NCBI RefSeq assembly: GCF_009914755.1
Contig: NC_060925.1
Length of the DNA stretch: 64,000 nucleotides
Source: the human T2T-CHM13v2.0 reference genome, Homo sapiens
Reading direction: 5' to 3' (one strand)
The notes beneath the pieces are model-generated. The model had not been told where the DNA came from and did no database searches. It was given only the letters and a program-made list of their open reading frames with translations. Shown in pieces: positions 50,501-64,000 of the stretch. Position numbers and translations under genes: made by a program. Numbering within the stretch: position 1 is the stretch's first letter; every line of letters starts with the position of its first letter.

Positions 50501-52048
50501 TCTAACTTCTTATACAGGTGTGTGTGCACTTGGGTGAAGGCGTGCAAGCCAGGACATGGGTGCACATTGCATGTGAGTTCCCAGGTGAATGTTCAGGGTC
50601 GTATATGTGTCCACGTCTGACAGTGTGTATGTCCTGAGCAATGGAACTGGGTAGGGGACGGAGGCCCTGGCATACACAGGTGTCACGTGTCCAGGCAAGC
50701 CCGTGTTATTATCCTCCTTTTACAGATGAAGAAACTGAGGCATGGGGAAGTGAAGGGATTCGTTGAAAATCATGCAACTAGTGAGTCTGCCCATGGGGGT
50801 GTGTGTGTGCAGGTGTGTGTGCATGGTGGGTAGGGTGGAGTGAAGGGGGGGGGGGCTGCCTGCAGCTCCAACCCTGTAATAGACCCTCCCTGTCTCGCCA
50901 GCGACGGGCGGTAATAACTGTTTTGCCCGGCAGAACTGCCTCATGCCATAGCTTGAGAATGTGCCTCGGGGCCCGTCTGCAGAGACCACCCCCCAGTCAG
51001 GGCAGCCGGGCCAGACCTCGCCCAAGCCTGACCCTAGGCTGATCCCTGGGAGGAGTAGGGATCTCTGGGCCCTGCCCTGCCCTGCCTTCCTCACCTCCAA
51101 GTTGGCCTCAGCAGGCCCAGCAGGTGAAGGGCCCAGGCCCTGGGCAGCCCTGCGAGTCAGTGCTACGTCTGCCCGCCTCTGCCTTCAGATCACAAACTTC
51201 CCGAAGATAAGAGGTGGTGACTCCTCTAGCAGACTGGAGGGCTCTTCCGGAAATGGAGTATATGTCCCCTCCTCAGAGGGCAGAGGCTGTGGCTTCCCCA
51301 TGAGAGTGGAGGCTTCAGCAGGACAGAGGCCAGGCCTCTGCTATCAGACTAGGAGCTCCCTGAGGGCAGAGGCTGTGGGATATTCCCGGGGCAGAGGTGA
51401 CCTTCCCCCATCAGACTGGGACCTCAGCTCAGTCCAGCAGCTCTACGGTGAATGTCTCCGAGGGAGGGGCATTAGCACAACAGACACTGCCTCTCAGCCC
51501 CGAGTCCCCAGATCCATGTCATCTATTGGAGTCTCCCCCACTGTAAACCTGCAAGGGCAGCCACGGCCGGGAGCAGCTGGTCCTGAGACTTGGGCAGAGG
51601 CCCTGGACAGTGGGGCAGAAGCGCTTGGCTGGCCAGGAATTGGATCACTGCCCCCTCCCACCCCACCCCATTCAGCCCTGTCTCCCACGGACTCTGACCA
51701 CCCCTTGGTTCTCTTATCAAAAACCGCCAAAACCCGCCATCGAAACTCCCAGCCTCCTGACCCCCATGCCCCACCCGGCTCCACCCGTCTTCCCAACCTG
51801 GCATCCAGTGCCCCAAACCTGCCTATTCCGTTCCTGGGAAGACCCAGAAGGGAGCAGAGCTGGCACCAGGAGGCCAACAACCCAGGCCCCCTCCGTCCCT
51901 AGCCCCTCCTGGCCCTGGGCCCTCCACCCTACTGTTTCTCCTGGGGTGTGCCTTTCTTTGCCTTATGCCTCGGCATCTCTAAGTGGCAGGGGATGGAGTG
52001 GAGTGAGGGCGGCAGGCCAAGGGCATGGCCCATAATGAAAAAGGAATC

Positions 52049-52544
<496 letters not shown>

Positions 52545-55500
52545 TCATAGAGCCGGCCTGGCAGAGGAGGGGTGGGGGAGTTGCGTCCCCACCATTCCCA
52601 CTGGGGCATACAGCGCCTTTCTGAGCGTCACAGGCCTGTCTGTGTCCTTCTTTTGCGGAAGAACTAACCACACCTCAGGTTCCCCTTATGAAAGACAGAG
52701 GCTGAGGAGAGTGAGTCAGTTTTATTATATGAGATAAGGCGGCTGGACAAAGCAGCGACACAGGGCCTGGCACACAGACAGTGCTCAGCGAAGCAGTCGC
52801 CTTCCTTCAGGTCTGAAATCCTCACTCAGCTCCCCAGCTTCTCTGGGGGATCTCCCTTCCCCTCTCTGGACCCCTGGGCCTGACTTCCCCCACTACTCCC
52901 AGCCTTTGTCCCACTCCTGCCCCAGGCACCCCTCCCTCCTTCATGGGAAATGGAGCTTCCTCCTCTGGTCCTGCCACCACCTTCCTGGTGAGGGTCGGGC
53001 TCTGCTGGGAGTGCCAGAGCTGCCCAGCCTGCTGACTCAGCGCCTGGGGATAGGGCTTGCTTTAGGAACAGCCCAGGCCTCGGGCAAACAGAGCCACGGC
53101 AACCACACCCCTGCCACAGGAATGCAGCAACATTCCTGGGGGGTGCCGTGGCACCGTGCCTGTGACTGGGGGGCAGGTGGGGGGCAGGTAGACACCTGCC
53201 TCTGTTACCTTGCCACAGGTAGAAGGGAGCCAGGAGTCAGGGCCCAGTGTCCTGAGGGCAGGGGGATGGAGTGAGGTCATGAGGCTTTGAAATCTGTACC
53301 AGCCATGTGACTTGAACAAGGCCTCTCTGAGCCTCAGTTTCCTCACCTGTAAGGTGAAGGGAGAATAGCGGTAGCCTTCTGGTGGGCTTATGGGGAGGAC
53401 TGAATGAGAGTGCGCCCGTCTGGGGCTCAGCATCAGCCTGCCTCACCGTGAGGATTCCGTGAAGCAGACCCTCACCCCTGTAATAGAATCAGGGGGTCTT
53501 CTGGCTCTGGGCCCTAGAATGGGGCTGAAGCCCAGAGAGGCAGTTGCACCTCCCCTAGGCCACACAGCAGGTATAGGCCCCAGGGGCTGAGTGCCCATCA
53601 TGCCTGCCCTCCTCTCCATCCACCCAGAGCCTCACTAGCCAGACCCGCACTCTCCCATCCCCTGGGCAAGTCTGCACCCCAGGTCGGTGAGGACTCCCAG
53701 ATTCTACTCCCACCAGCCAGGGCCAGACCTGGTGCAGGAGGCTCCACAGTTCTCCTGCTCGGGGCTCCGTCTCCCCACTTCCTGGAGCTCCATCCAAGTG
53801 GGGAACCCTGCCCGTCCTCTGCCCCTCAAGCCAACCAGGCATTTACGGGGGATGGGGCAGGGAGGGGGGCCAGGACCTGCATCCTTCCAGCCCTGGCCCT
53901 CAGCAACCCCATCAGGCAGTCAGGGGAGGAGCCTCCCCCAGGGAATCCTCCCTCCCTCTGTGTTGGCCTGGCCAGGTTCTCCTCTCTCTGTCTGCCTTTG
54001 TCTTTTTCTCTCTGTCTCTTCATCCCAGGAAGAGGCCACAGGACAGGGGTGTCCCAAGCACAGAAGAAACTTGTCTGATGAAAACAGGCCTTGGCTGGGA
54101 GCAGGGCCATCTGGATTTGCACCCTGATTCTGTCTGACTTGCTGTGTGACCTTGGGCGAGTCCCCTCCCCTCTCTGGTCTTTCCCATTATTATCTACCCA
54201 GCACATAGTAGGTTCTCGGAAAAGGGGAGTCCCATATGCGTGCCCCCAGCTCTCAGCCCCTCACTGCCTCCTTTAATCCCCACAGATCTGCCAGCCTTTG
54301 ATACTCCTGTGGGTGGCTGAGCCGGGGTTCTGAATAGGAAGCTGAGGGCTCATGGGCTGCGGGGAAGCAGGCAGGGGCTGAGCCTGCCAGGCCTGCCCGA
54401 GGGAGGGGGCTGTGGGCCCCTCGCCATTCACTGCTAAGCCTGGATCCGGGCGCCTTTGTGCCAAGAACAAAACCCGGGGGATCAGCTGTTCTCAGGCCTG
54501 CCTCTCTCAGCTCCGGAAGGGACGGAAGCCCGGGCCTGAGGGGTGGGCCGCACTCCCTCCATGGGCCCTGGGGTGCCGGGGCTGGCCCCATACCCCAGAA
54601 GCTCCCCACTACCTCCGGGTGTGGAGCTATGGTGAGCGAGCAAACCTGGGTTCAGATCCCACCTTCTACTCATCATGAGACTTGGGCAAGTGTTTTAAGC
54701 CCTCGGAGCCTCAGTTTCATGATCTGTAAAGTGGACATTAGAGTCGCTCGGGATGCGGGATGCTTGAATGAGATGATGCACTCAGCACGCGGCAGGCCCT
54801 GGGGCCCTGTGTGCTCTACAATTGCAGCTGCTATTAGACCAGCTTCTTTCTTGCCTGGGTATGTGGGGCTTAGGCCAGAACAAATCTTGGGACTGAGTGT
54901 AAAATATATGTGAGGGGGTGGGAGGGGGTGGGATGGGGCTCGGTGCGGGCCTGGCAGGTGTGCTGGGAGGCAAGGCCTATGACTCCTGTGGGCCTGCTCT
55001 TCCTCCCATCCCACCCTCCACAGTCCCCACCTCAGGGGCCCTGGGCCTGGGGCAGCAGGGGCCGGGATGTGTCTCTCCAGAGCAGGAACGGAGGGGCCTC
55101 CGCAACTGGTTGGGGAGGGGGGGTGGATGCCAGCCCCCGCTGATTAGGTCTCAAATTAAAGCCGAGCTTGCTCCTGTCGCTGCTCAGGCAGGCCCTCCTC
55201 CTGGCCACAGTTCCCTGCCTGGCCCTCTGCTTCGGGCCTCATGGTGGCTGGTTGCTCCCAGCCTAGAATTGCTAAAAGGCTCCCGTAGTGGGTAGGAGCC
55301 TCAGGGGACCTGGGAGAGGCTTCAGGGGCCCTGCCTGTGCGGGGGTCTCTCCTGTGACCCTCAGACCTGAGCCAGTGTCTGGGGACAAGTCACCGTGTCA
55401 GAGGCTGCGGAGAGCAAAGCCCAGGCGGTGATGACTTGAGTTTCCAGGCCGGGTGCCAGGAGGCCCGCGGTCACACTCCGCCTGGGGCCTGGGCTCCGGC

Positions 55501-55569
55501 CAACCGTCAGCAGCAGAGATTGTTGGGTTGGTTTTATTTTAAACAAAAAAGAACTTTGAGTGGAAACAT

Positions 55570-55777
55570 GTGTTTCTTTTTTCTCCCCCTTCCCTCTCTC
55601 CCTATCTCTCTCCATCTCATCATGGAATATTTCTCTTTTTTGTACCTCCCTTTCTCTGTTTTTCTCTCTGTCTTCCTCTATTTGTCCCTGCCTCTGTCTC
55701 TCTCTCTCTCTCTCTCATTCTTTCTTTGTTTTCCTATCTCTTGATTTCTCTGTCTCTTTCTCTATTTCTTTTTCCGC
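55570..55777. repeat. CT-rich polypyrimidine tract
   Basis: Near-pure pyrimidine with (CT)n core. Confidence 0.85.
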
Positions 55778-56425
55778 AGCTTTCAGGAGTCAGGAGAGGT
55801 ACCAGACTTCCTCCCTCGGGGTGTGGCCTGGGCCCCTGCCATAAAATCCCCAGGCGTGCCACGGCCCTATGTCGGGGGTCTGCCGCTCCAGGGGAGGGAG
55901 GGGGTGTCTAGCAGCGGAGGCTCCAGGACCCAAATGCTCCATCCTCCTCCATCCTCCTCCTCCAAGCTCCCACTGCCCCTGCATCTGCCCTTCCTGTGTC
56001 TGTTTTCTCTACTAAGCATCTAGAAAATAATTCTGCAGCTTGAGACAAGTTTTAAAACACTGGTCTGGCCCAAACCACCCATCTACAGCCAGAGACTGGC
56101 GCCGAGGAGGGGACCATGGCCTGCTCAACACCGCACGGAGGGTTAGGGGCAAAGCCAGGCCGACCCAGGTCCCCCACTCCCAAGTGACATTACTGACACC
56201 CCCAAACCCACAGTCACCACACTTCTCAGGTCCCTGCGTCTTTCAGAGGGGTGGTCTGCTTCCTAGGAAGTGATGTGCCCTCCCCTAAGGTGGTCACCCA
56301 GCACAAGGGTCCCCCTGGAAAATGTCCTGCCTTGGCTGGTCACCCCTCCCCCAGGACAGACAAGCTTTTGGGCCCCCACCTTTCAGCCCCTTCTGCCAGG
56401 CAGTAGAGAAGAGAGAAGAGAGACT

Positions 56426-56501
56426 CGCAGGCACAGTGGCTCATGCCTGTAATCCTAGCACTTTGGGAGGCCGAGGTGGGCAGATCACAAGGTCAGGAGA
56501 T
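56426..56501 (+). mobile_element. 3'-truncated Alu left-arm fragment flanked by 12-bp direct repeats
   Basis: AGAAGAGAGACT at 56414-56425 and 56504-56515. Confidence 0.85.
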
Positions 56502-57419
56502 ACAGAAGAGAGACTGGCCACCCATGCACTGGGCCCAGGTCCTAGCTCGACGTCTGAGTCCTTGTGTGACTGTGAATATGACTTTTCCACTGGCTGGCCT
56601 CAGTTTCCCCATCTTTGTAACAGAAGCCTTGCCTTTGCCGCGGATCCCCTCTCTGCTCTAATATGTTATGGTGTTCTCCTCTCCTTCCATGGAGAGGAAT
56701 TCTGGAACATCAGACCAGGAGTGCCATCTCCTCTCCCAAAGTGAGAGGGACTGTCCTCAGTGTGGCCTCAATAGGTCAACTCCCCTTCACTTCAGGTTCC
56801 TTGTCCCCTGTGTGCAAGGGCCCCAGATGCCACCACCAAGGGGAGAGGTGCCACCATGACCTGGTGCACCATTGTCAAAGGTGCACTTTCTTGGGTGTCC
56901 GGGGTCATGCCAGGATTCATGCAGGGATAGGAGGGGCTGCCTGCGTGTCAGGGGCCCATTCCACCCCTGTCTCCCACAGCCCCAGGAGTAAAGTCAGGGT
57001 AAGTGTGCGGGATTAGTAAGGTGGGGACACGGGAGACTGTCTTTCCAGATTTGGGCAAACTCTGTCACCAGCACCTGGCTACTCCGACCTCCCCACTGCC
57101 TGGCTTCTGAAAGTGGCCCAAAGAGAAGGGCAGGGAGCCACATGGTCACCTCTGCTGGTAGGGAAAGAAAGACATGCTCCCAGGAGCCTATGAAGGGTGA
57201 GGCACCAGCCCTATTTCTGCCATCCCCTGACACACCTCCAAGGGCTGCAAAATGTGACCTTCCCCTGTCCTCACCAGTCCCTGAAGATCCTGCCACCTCT
57301 AGTTTGGAACATGGAAATGACTCCTTATAAGAGCCTTGAAGGTAGCAGCCATTACCACCCACTTTACAGATAGGGAAAATGAGGCACAGAAAGAGGAAGC
57401 ATTTGCCTGAGTTTACACT

Positions 57420-58067
<648 letters not shown>

Positions 58068-58967
58068 TGACACCAAAGCCAAAGAAATGCCTTCCTTCCC
58101 TCACGAGGCCAAGAGTTAGCGTCTCTTTCTACCCCATCATGACAACTTCCTGTCCAGGGCAAGAAACTGTCCTGATTGTCCCTCGGGGGCAGGGATTAAG
58201 GGTACTACAGGTTCAGAGCCCCTGGCTAGCGTGCCCTGCCCTCTGACCACGTATGATCAATTCCATAAATATTTACCCAGCGCCTCACTTAACCTCCCTG
58301 AGCCTGTTTCTTCAAAGCTGCAAAATGGGGCCCTTCAGCCTGACTACTTTAATTCATCCATCCACCCATTCCTTCAGTTAGCGGCTCCCCTGTGCTGGGT
58401 GGTGTTTTTGAAGGATACTGGAGTCGGGATGCCTGCTTTGAGTCCTGGCTCTGGCACTGGCTTCCTCGGTACCATGGGCCTCAGCGTTCCCATCTGTACA
58501 ATGGCACCCACATAAGGGTTCCTTCCAACTCCTTTCCCCATCTCAGGGGGTTGTTGCGGGATATCGGGGCTGGGGAACCTTGGCTAGCTGAGGAACTAGG
58601 CTAGCTGACACACAAAGGACCAGCAACAGTTCACGCCCTGGAGACAGAACGCGCCCACGTGATTCACACCGGCAGCAGCGGACTCTGTTTCTGTTGCCTT
58701 GAATGAGGTGCGCTCTAGTCTTGCAGAGTTTAGAAAACAAGGAGGTGTGGAATGTTCAGGGAAGACTTCCTGATGAGGTAATAATAATACAGGAACAGCT
58801 AATATTTGATGAGCACTTGCTGTGTGCCAGGGCTTGTGCTAAACACATGCTTCATCTTATTTAATCCTTGCAAAGAACTTGCCGGGTGGGAACGCATGTG
58901 CTACCCGTTTTGTAAATGAAGAACCTGAAGCCCAGAAGCCCAGAGAGTGGAAGTGATTTGACCAAGG

Positions 58968-59001
<34 letters not shown>

Positions 59002-59296
59002 TTATTTTTTTAGACAGAGTCTCACTCTTGTCGCCCAGGCTGGGGTGCAGTGGTGCAATCTTGGCTCACTGCAACCTCCACCTTCTGAGTTCAAGTGATT
59101 CTCCTGCCTCAGCCTCCTGAGTAGCTGGGATTACAGGCGCCCGCCACCACGCCTGGCTAATTTTTGTACTTTTTTTTAATAGAGACAAGGTTTCAACATG
59201 TTGGCCTGGCTGGTCTCAAACTCGTGACTTCAGGTGATCCGCCCTCCTCGGCCTCCCAAAGTGCTGTGATTACAGGCGTAAGCCCCGCGCCCAGCC
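58968..59296 (-). mobile_element. Alu with (TTA)n tail
   Basis: Reverse Alu consensus. Confidence 0.94.
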
Positions 59297-59329
59297 AAGG
59301 TTATTCATTTGTTCAGAAAACATTGATTG

Positions 59330-59820
<491 letters not shown>

Positions 59821-59969
59821 AAAAAGATTTACTGGTCCCCTGTTGTGTTTTAGGCATGAGTCAGATGCTGTGGATATAGCAATGAACACAGCAGACAAAG
59901 GTCTCTGCCTCTGTGAAACTGACATTGGAGAACAGCAGTCTAGAAGAACTTGCTGTGGATGGAATGATG

Positions 59970-60687
<718 letters not shown>

Positions 60688-60710
60688 TAGTTGTTCAAGA
60701 CTCCCAGCGC

Positions 60711-60966
60711 TGGCTGGATGCAAAGTCTTATGCCTGTAATCCCAGCTCTTTTGGGAGGCCAAGGCGGGCAGATCACTTGAGGTCAGGAGTTCGAGACCAG
60801 CCGGGCCTACAGAGTGAAACCCCGTCTCTACTAAAAATACAAAAATTAGCTAGGTGTGGTGGTGGGCGCCTGTAATCCCAGGAGGTGGAGGTTGCAGTGA
60901 GCCGAGATCGCGCCGCTGCACTGCATCCTGGGCAACAGAACGGGACTCCGTCTCAAAAAAAAAAAA
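60711..60966 (+). mobile_element. Alu with right-arm internal deletion
   Basis: taatcccag joined directly to gaggtggaggttgcag. Confidence 0.9.
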
Positions 60967-62189
60967 AGACTCCCGGCCAGGAAGAGAGCTTGAATGAAGT
61001 CTGACCTGCACCAGGCCTTCTGGGCCCAGACCAGGCCTGCTTAGGGGCATGTGCCCTGCTCAGAACTTCCCCATCCCAGCTAACCCAGAAGATAGCTGGG
61101 ATGAAGATAGCTACTTCCGGCTACCAGCCCATGATTCTTTGCCAGCCTGCACTGTTCCCTGAAGAGCAAAAAGACTTGGAATTTCCCTGCTCTATCCAGA
61201 GGGGCTGGGATGAGGGGTCCTGAGTTCCCTTATCCCATGTCCTACCAACCTCTGGGGCTCTCCAGTCAGCCAGCTCGAGGCTCTGGCCCTAGCTGGTGGG
61301 CAATGGGAGGGAGAGGCTTGGCCCAGCACCCCACCCCACAGATCAGCCTGGTCCGGCAAGGGGAGGAAGGAAGCAGAGGCAGCCTGGGCCAGCGGACACA
61401 GGGTTGGGGGTGACGCAGGCCTCAGGAATTTGAAAACAAACACTTCGCCAGGGAAGGAAGAGGCTGCTGTTGGCTGCTGAGCCCGGGCGGGCCCAGGTCC
61501 CTCCCTTTCAGGGCAGGGGTGAATCCCAGTGCTGCTGACCATGGCCCCCGGCTGGACCCAGTGCTCGGGGAGTTTCCACTCCGCTGGTGGGATGGGAAGG
61601 TCATGGGAGGTGTGGGGGGATCCAGGCTCTGTCCAGATACAGGAGCATCCTGGCTGGGGTGAGGACAGGAAGGGACAAAGAGCTGGGAAAGCCACGAGAC
61701 CCCAGGAGAAGGCTCAGCAGCAACAGGATGCCGCCTCAAGCATTTATTGAGCACCCATGGTATTCCAAAAACTGAGAATATAAGCACTGCCTAGCTGGGG
61801 AGATCAGGGGAAGCCTAGAGCCCTGTGGCCTTCCTGGAGGAGGTGGCATTGAACTGAGCCCTGAAAGGTAAACTAGGACCGGGGAGGACAGAATCTTACA
61901 AGTCTCCCCTCTTCACACTCCCAGAGCCGGCGCTCAGTGAGTGCATGAGTGAGTAAGCGGCTGACCAGCGACTATGCAGCATGAATGAATGACAGACTGA
62001 ATGACATGAAGCCTGGAGTCTCAAGGCCGAGACTGCAAAAGAAGAGTCCATCCTCCTATCCCCTCTGCTCTGAACTCTCTTCATGATCCTGAAGGTGCTT
62101 GGTACCTGGAGACTACGGAGCCAGCCTGCCGGGGTTCTAGTCTGAACTCAGTCACTTCCCAGCTGTGTAACTTTGGACAAGTTACTTAA

Positions 62190-62682
<493 letters not shown>

Positions 62683-64000
62683 TCACTCACTCACTCACTG
62701 TTCATTCACTGATTCGCTCCTACATGCCATCCGCCACTTACACACCCCTCCCTCTTCACCGTCATCTGTTAAGCAATCCCCGTGTGCCCGGCTCTCTCCT
62801 CTCGGTCCTCCCAGCCCCCCTTTGCCAGTCTTGGATGGTGCCCGCCGTGCTGCCAATTACCCTAACAATTTCATTAATTCCTCTCAAGCCCAAAACAAAC
62901 AAGAAGGACCTATCTGGAGCAGGGGTCACGTGCTAAGACCAGAAGCAGGTGTGGGACAAACCCTCTAGGACGAGTTCTTTGACCAGAGTTCATCACCGGA
63001 GCTGCTCCAGAGATGGCCGGGCCTCCCCACCTGCAGGTGCCCGGCCAGTGCCCCCCACCCCGGGCAGCCTCACCCACTCCCCTCTTTGAGTAAAGGTAAA
63101 GGGACTTGCCCAAGGCTGGGTTCTCCCACATCCCGACTGCACCTGTCCACATTTCAGGCTTCATTCATGCCAGGAGCCCCAGACCTGCTCCATGCACCAG
63201 CTCCGCCCAAGCCTGGAGCCCCGGGCTGGCTGAGGTGAGAGCCCCAAAGCTCGAGCCCATTTCAGCAGCTAACAATTAGAGCTGGTGTGAACATGATGAC
63301 TGCATGCTGATTAATGTAAGATGGCTGAGCAGAAGATCCCGCCATTTCCTTCCCCACAGGCCCTGGGAGAACAGGTCCCGCTGGGGAAGACTCTGTCGTG
63401 TTCTGCAAAAGCCATTTCTTGAGCACGTCCTGCAGGCCGGGCACTGCGCTGGGCACTTGATTCCTTTCAACAGCATGACATGGTGGGAGGACAACTTGCC
63501 TCTCATTGATGAAGAAACGGAGGCTCAGAGAGGTAAAGGAACTTGCCCAAGGCCACACAGCCAGTCAGTGTGGTCCTGGAATTCCAATCCAGGTCTTCTC
63601 TTGCTGATTCCTACCCCCAGGGATGAGCCAGTTTGACATTTGTGGAACTGGAGAGAGGCTGGGTTTGGGCATAAGGTGATGTTTAGGCCAGAGGGTGGAG
63701 AAGGAGAGGACAGCCAGAGAGGCAGAGCCAAGCGCCAGGCAGGAACAATGGTACAGGGCAGGTAACGGGAGCCTGGCCAGCTCTGGGACTCCTGGGCAGG
63801 CCCTGCTGGGCCCTGCGAGCAACAGGCTCACCCTGTGGAGCTGCCAGGGTGACAGCAGCCTCGATCTGCTGACTCAACGAGTGCATCGGCCTTTTCCTGG
63901 AAAACAGTAGACGCAGTGTGGGTGTCGGAGGGAGGCACCTGTTTGGGAAAAGGGTGTGTGGGAACCCTGTCCTGCCCTGCAGCTCCCCACAGCCAGTGTA

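Noticed and set aside
50961-51902. 313-aa ORF upstream of EPHA2
   Set aside because: Non-ATG start, Pro/Ser/Gly-rich with no recognisable domain, overlaps repeat-like DNA; expected by chance in GC-rich sequence

Overview
Human (primate) genomic DNA containing the complete EPHA2 receptor tyrosine kinase gene on the minus strand. All 17 coding exons can be placed at GT-AG boundaries. They sum to 2931 nt (976 aa + stop), from the ATG at 35328 to the TGA at 4623-4625, with the polyA signal at 3766-3771. The gene has a CpG-island promoter (~34.4-35.7 kb) followed by ~28 kb of upstream, apparently non-coding, Alu/MIR/L2/MER-rich sequence. No second protein-coding gene, RNA gene or CRISPR-like system is supported, and the other ORFs in the track are Alu-, repeat- or GC-content artefacts. 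The observations most worth following up are RNA-level or regulatory: (1) inverted-Alu-flanked, frame-symmetric exon modules (exons 2-3 and 4-5) whose circles would carry stop-free ORFs; (2) a splice/polyA-signal skeleton for an antisense transcript crossing exon 1; (3) an Alu-born p53 element; (4) a HOX-PBX/MEIS site array built around a CCAT microsatellite; (5) several dense enhancer-like motif clusters (MARE/TEAD/RUNX; CRE/NF-kB/AP-1); (6) an orphan CpG island; (7) unstable repeats, including a (GAA)26 tract between inverted Alus and a higher-order VNTR abutting exon 12. Repeat boundaries and subfamily names are by eye and approximate. Regulatory calls are motif-level hypotheses.
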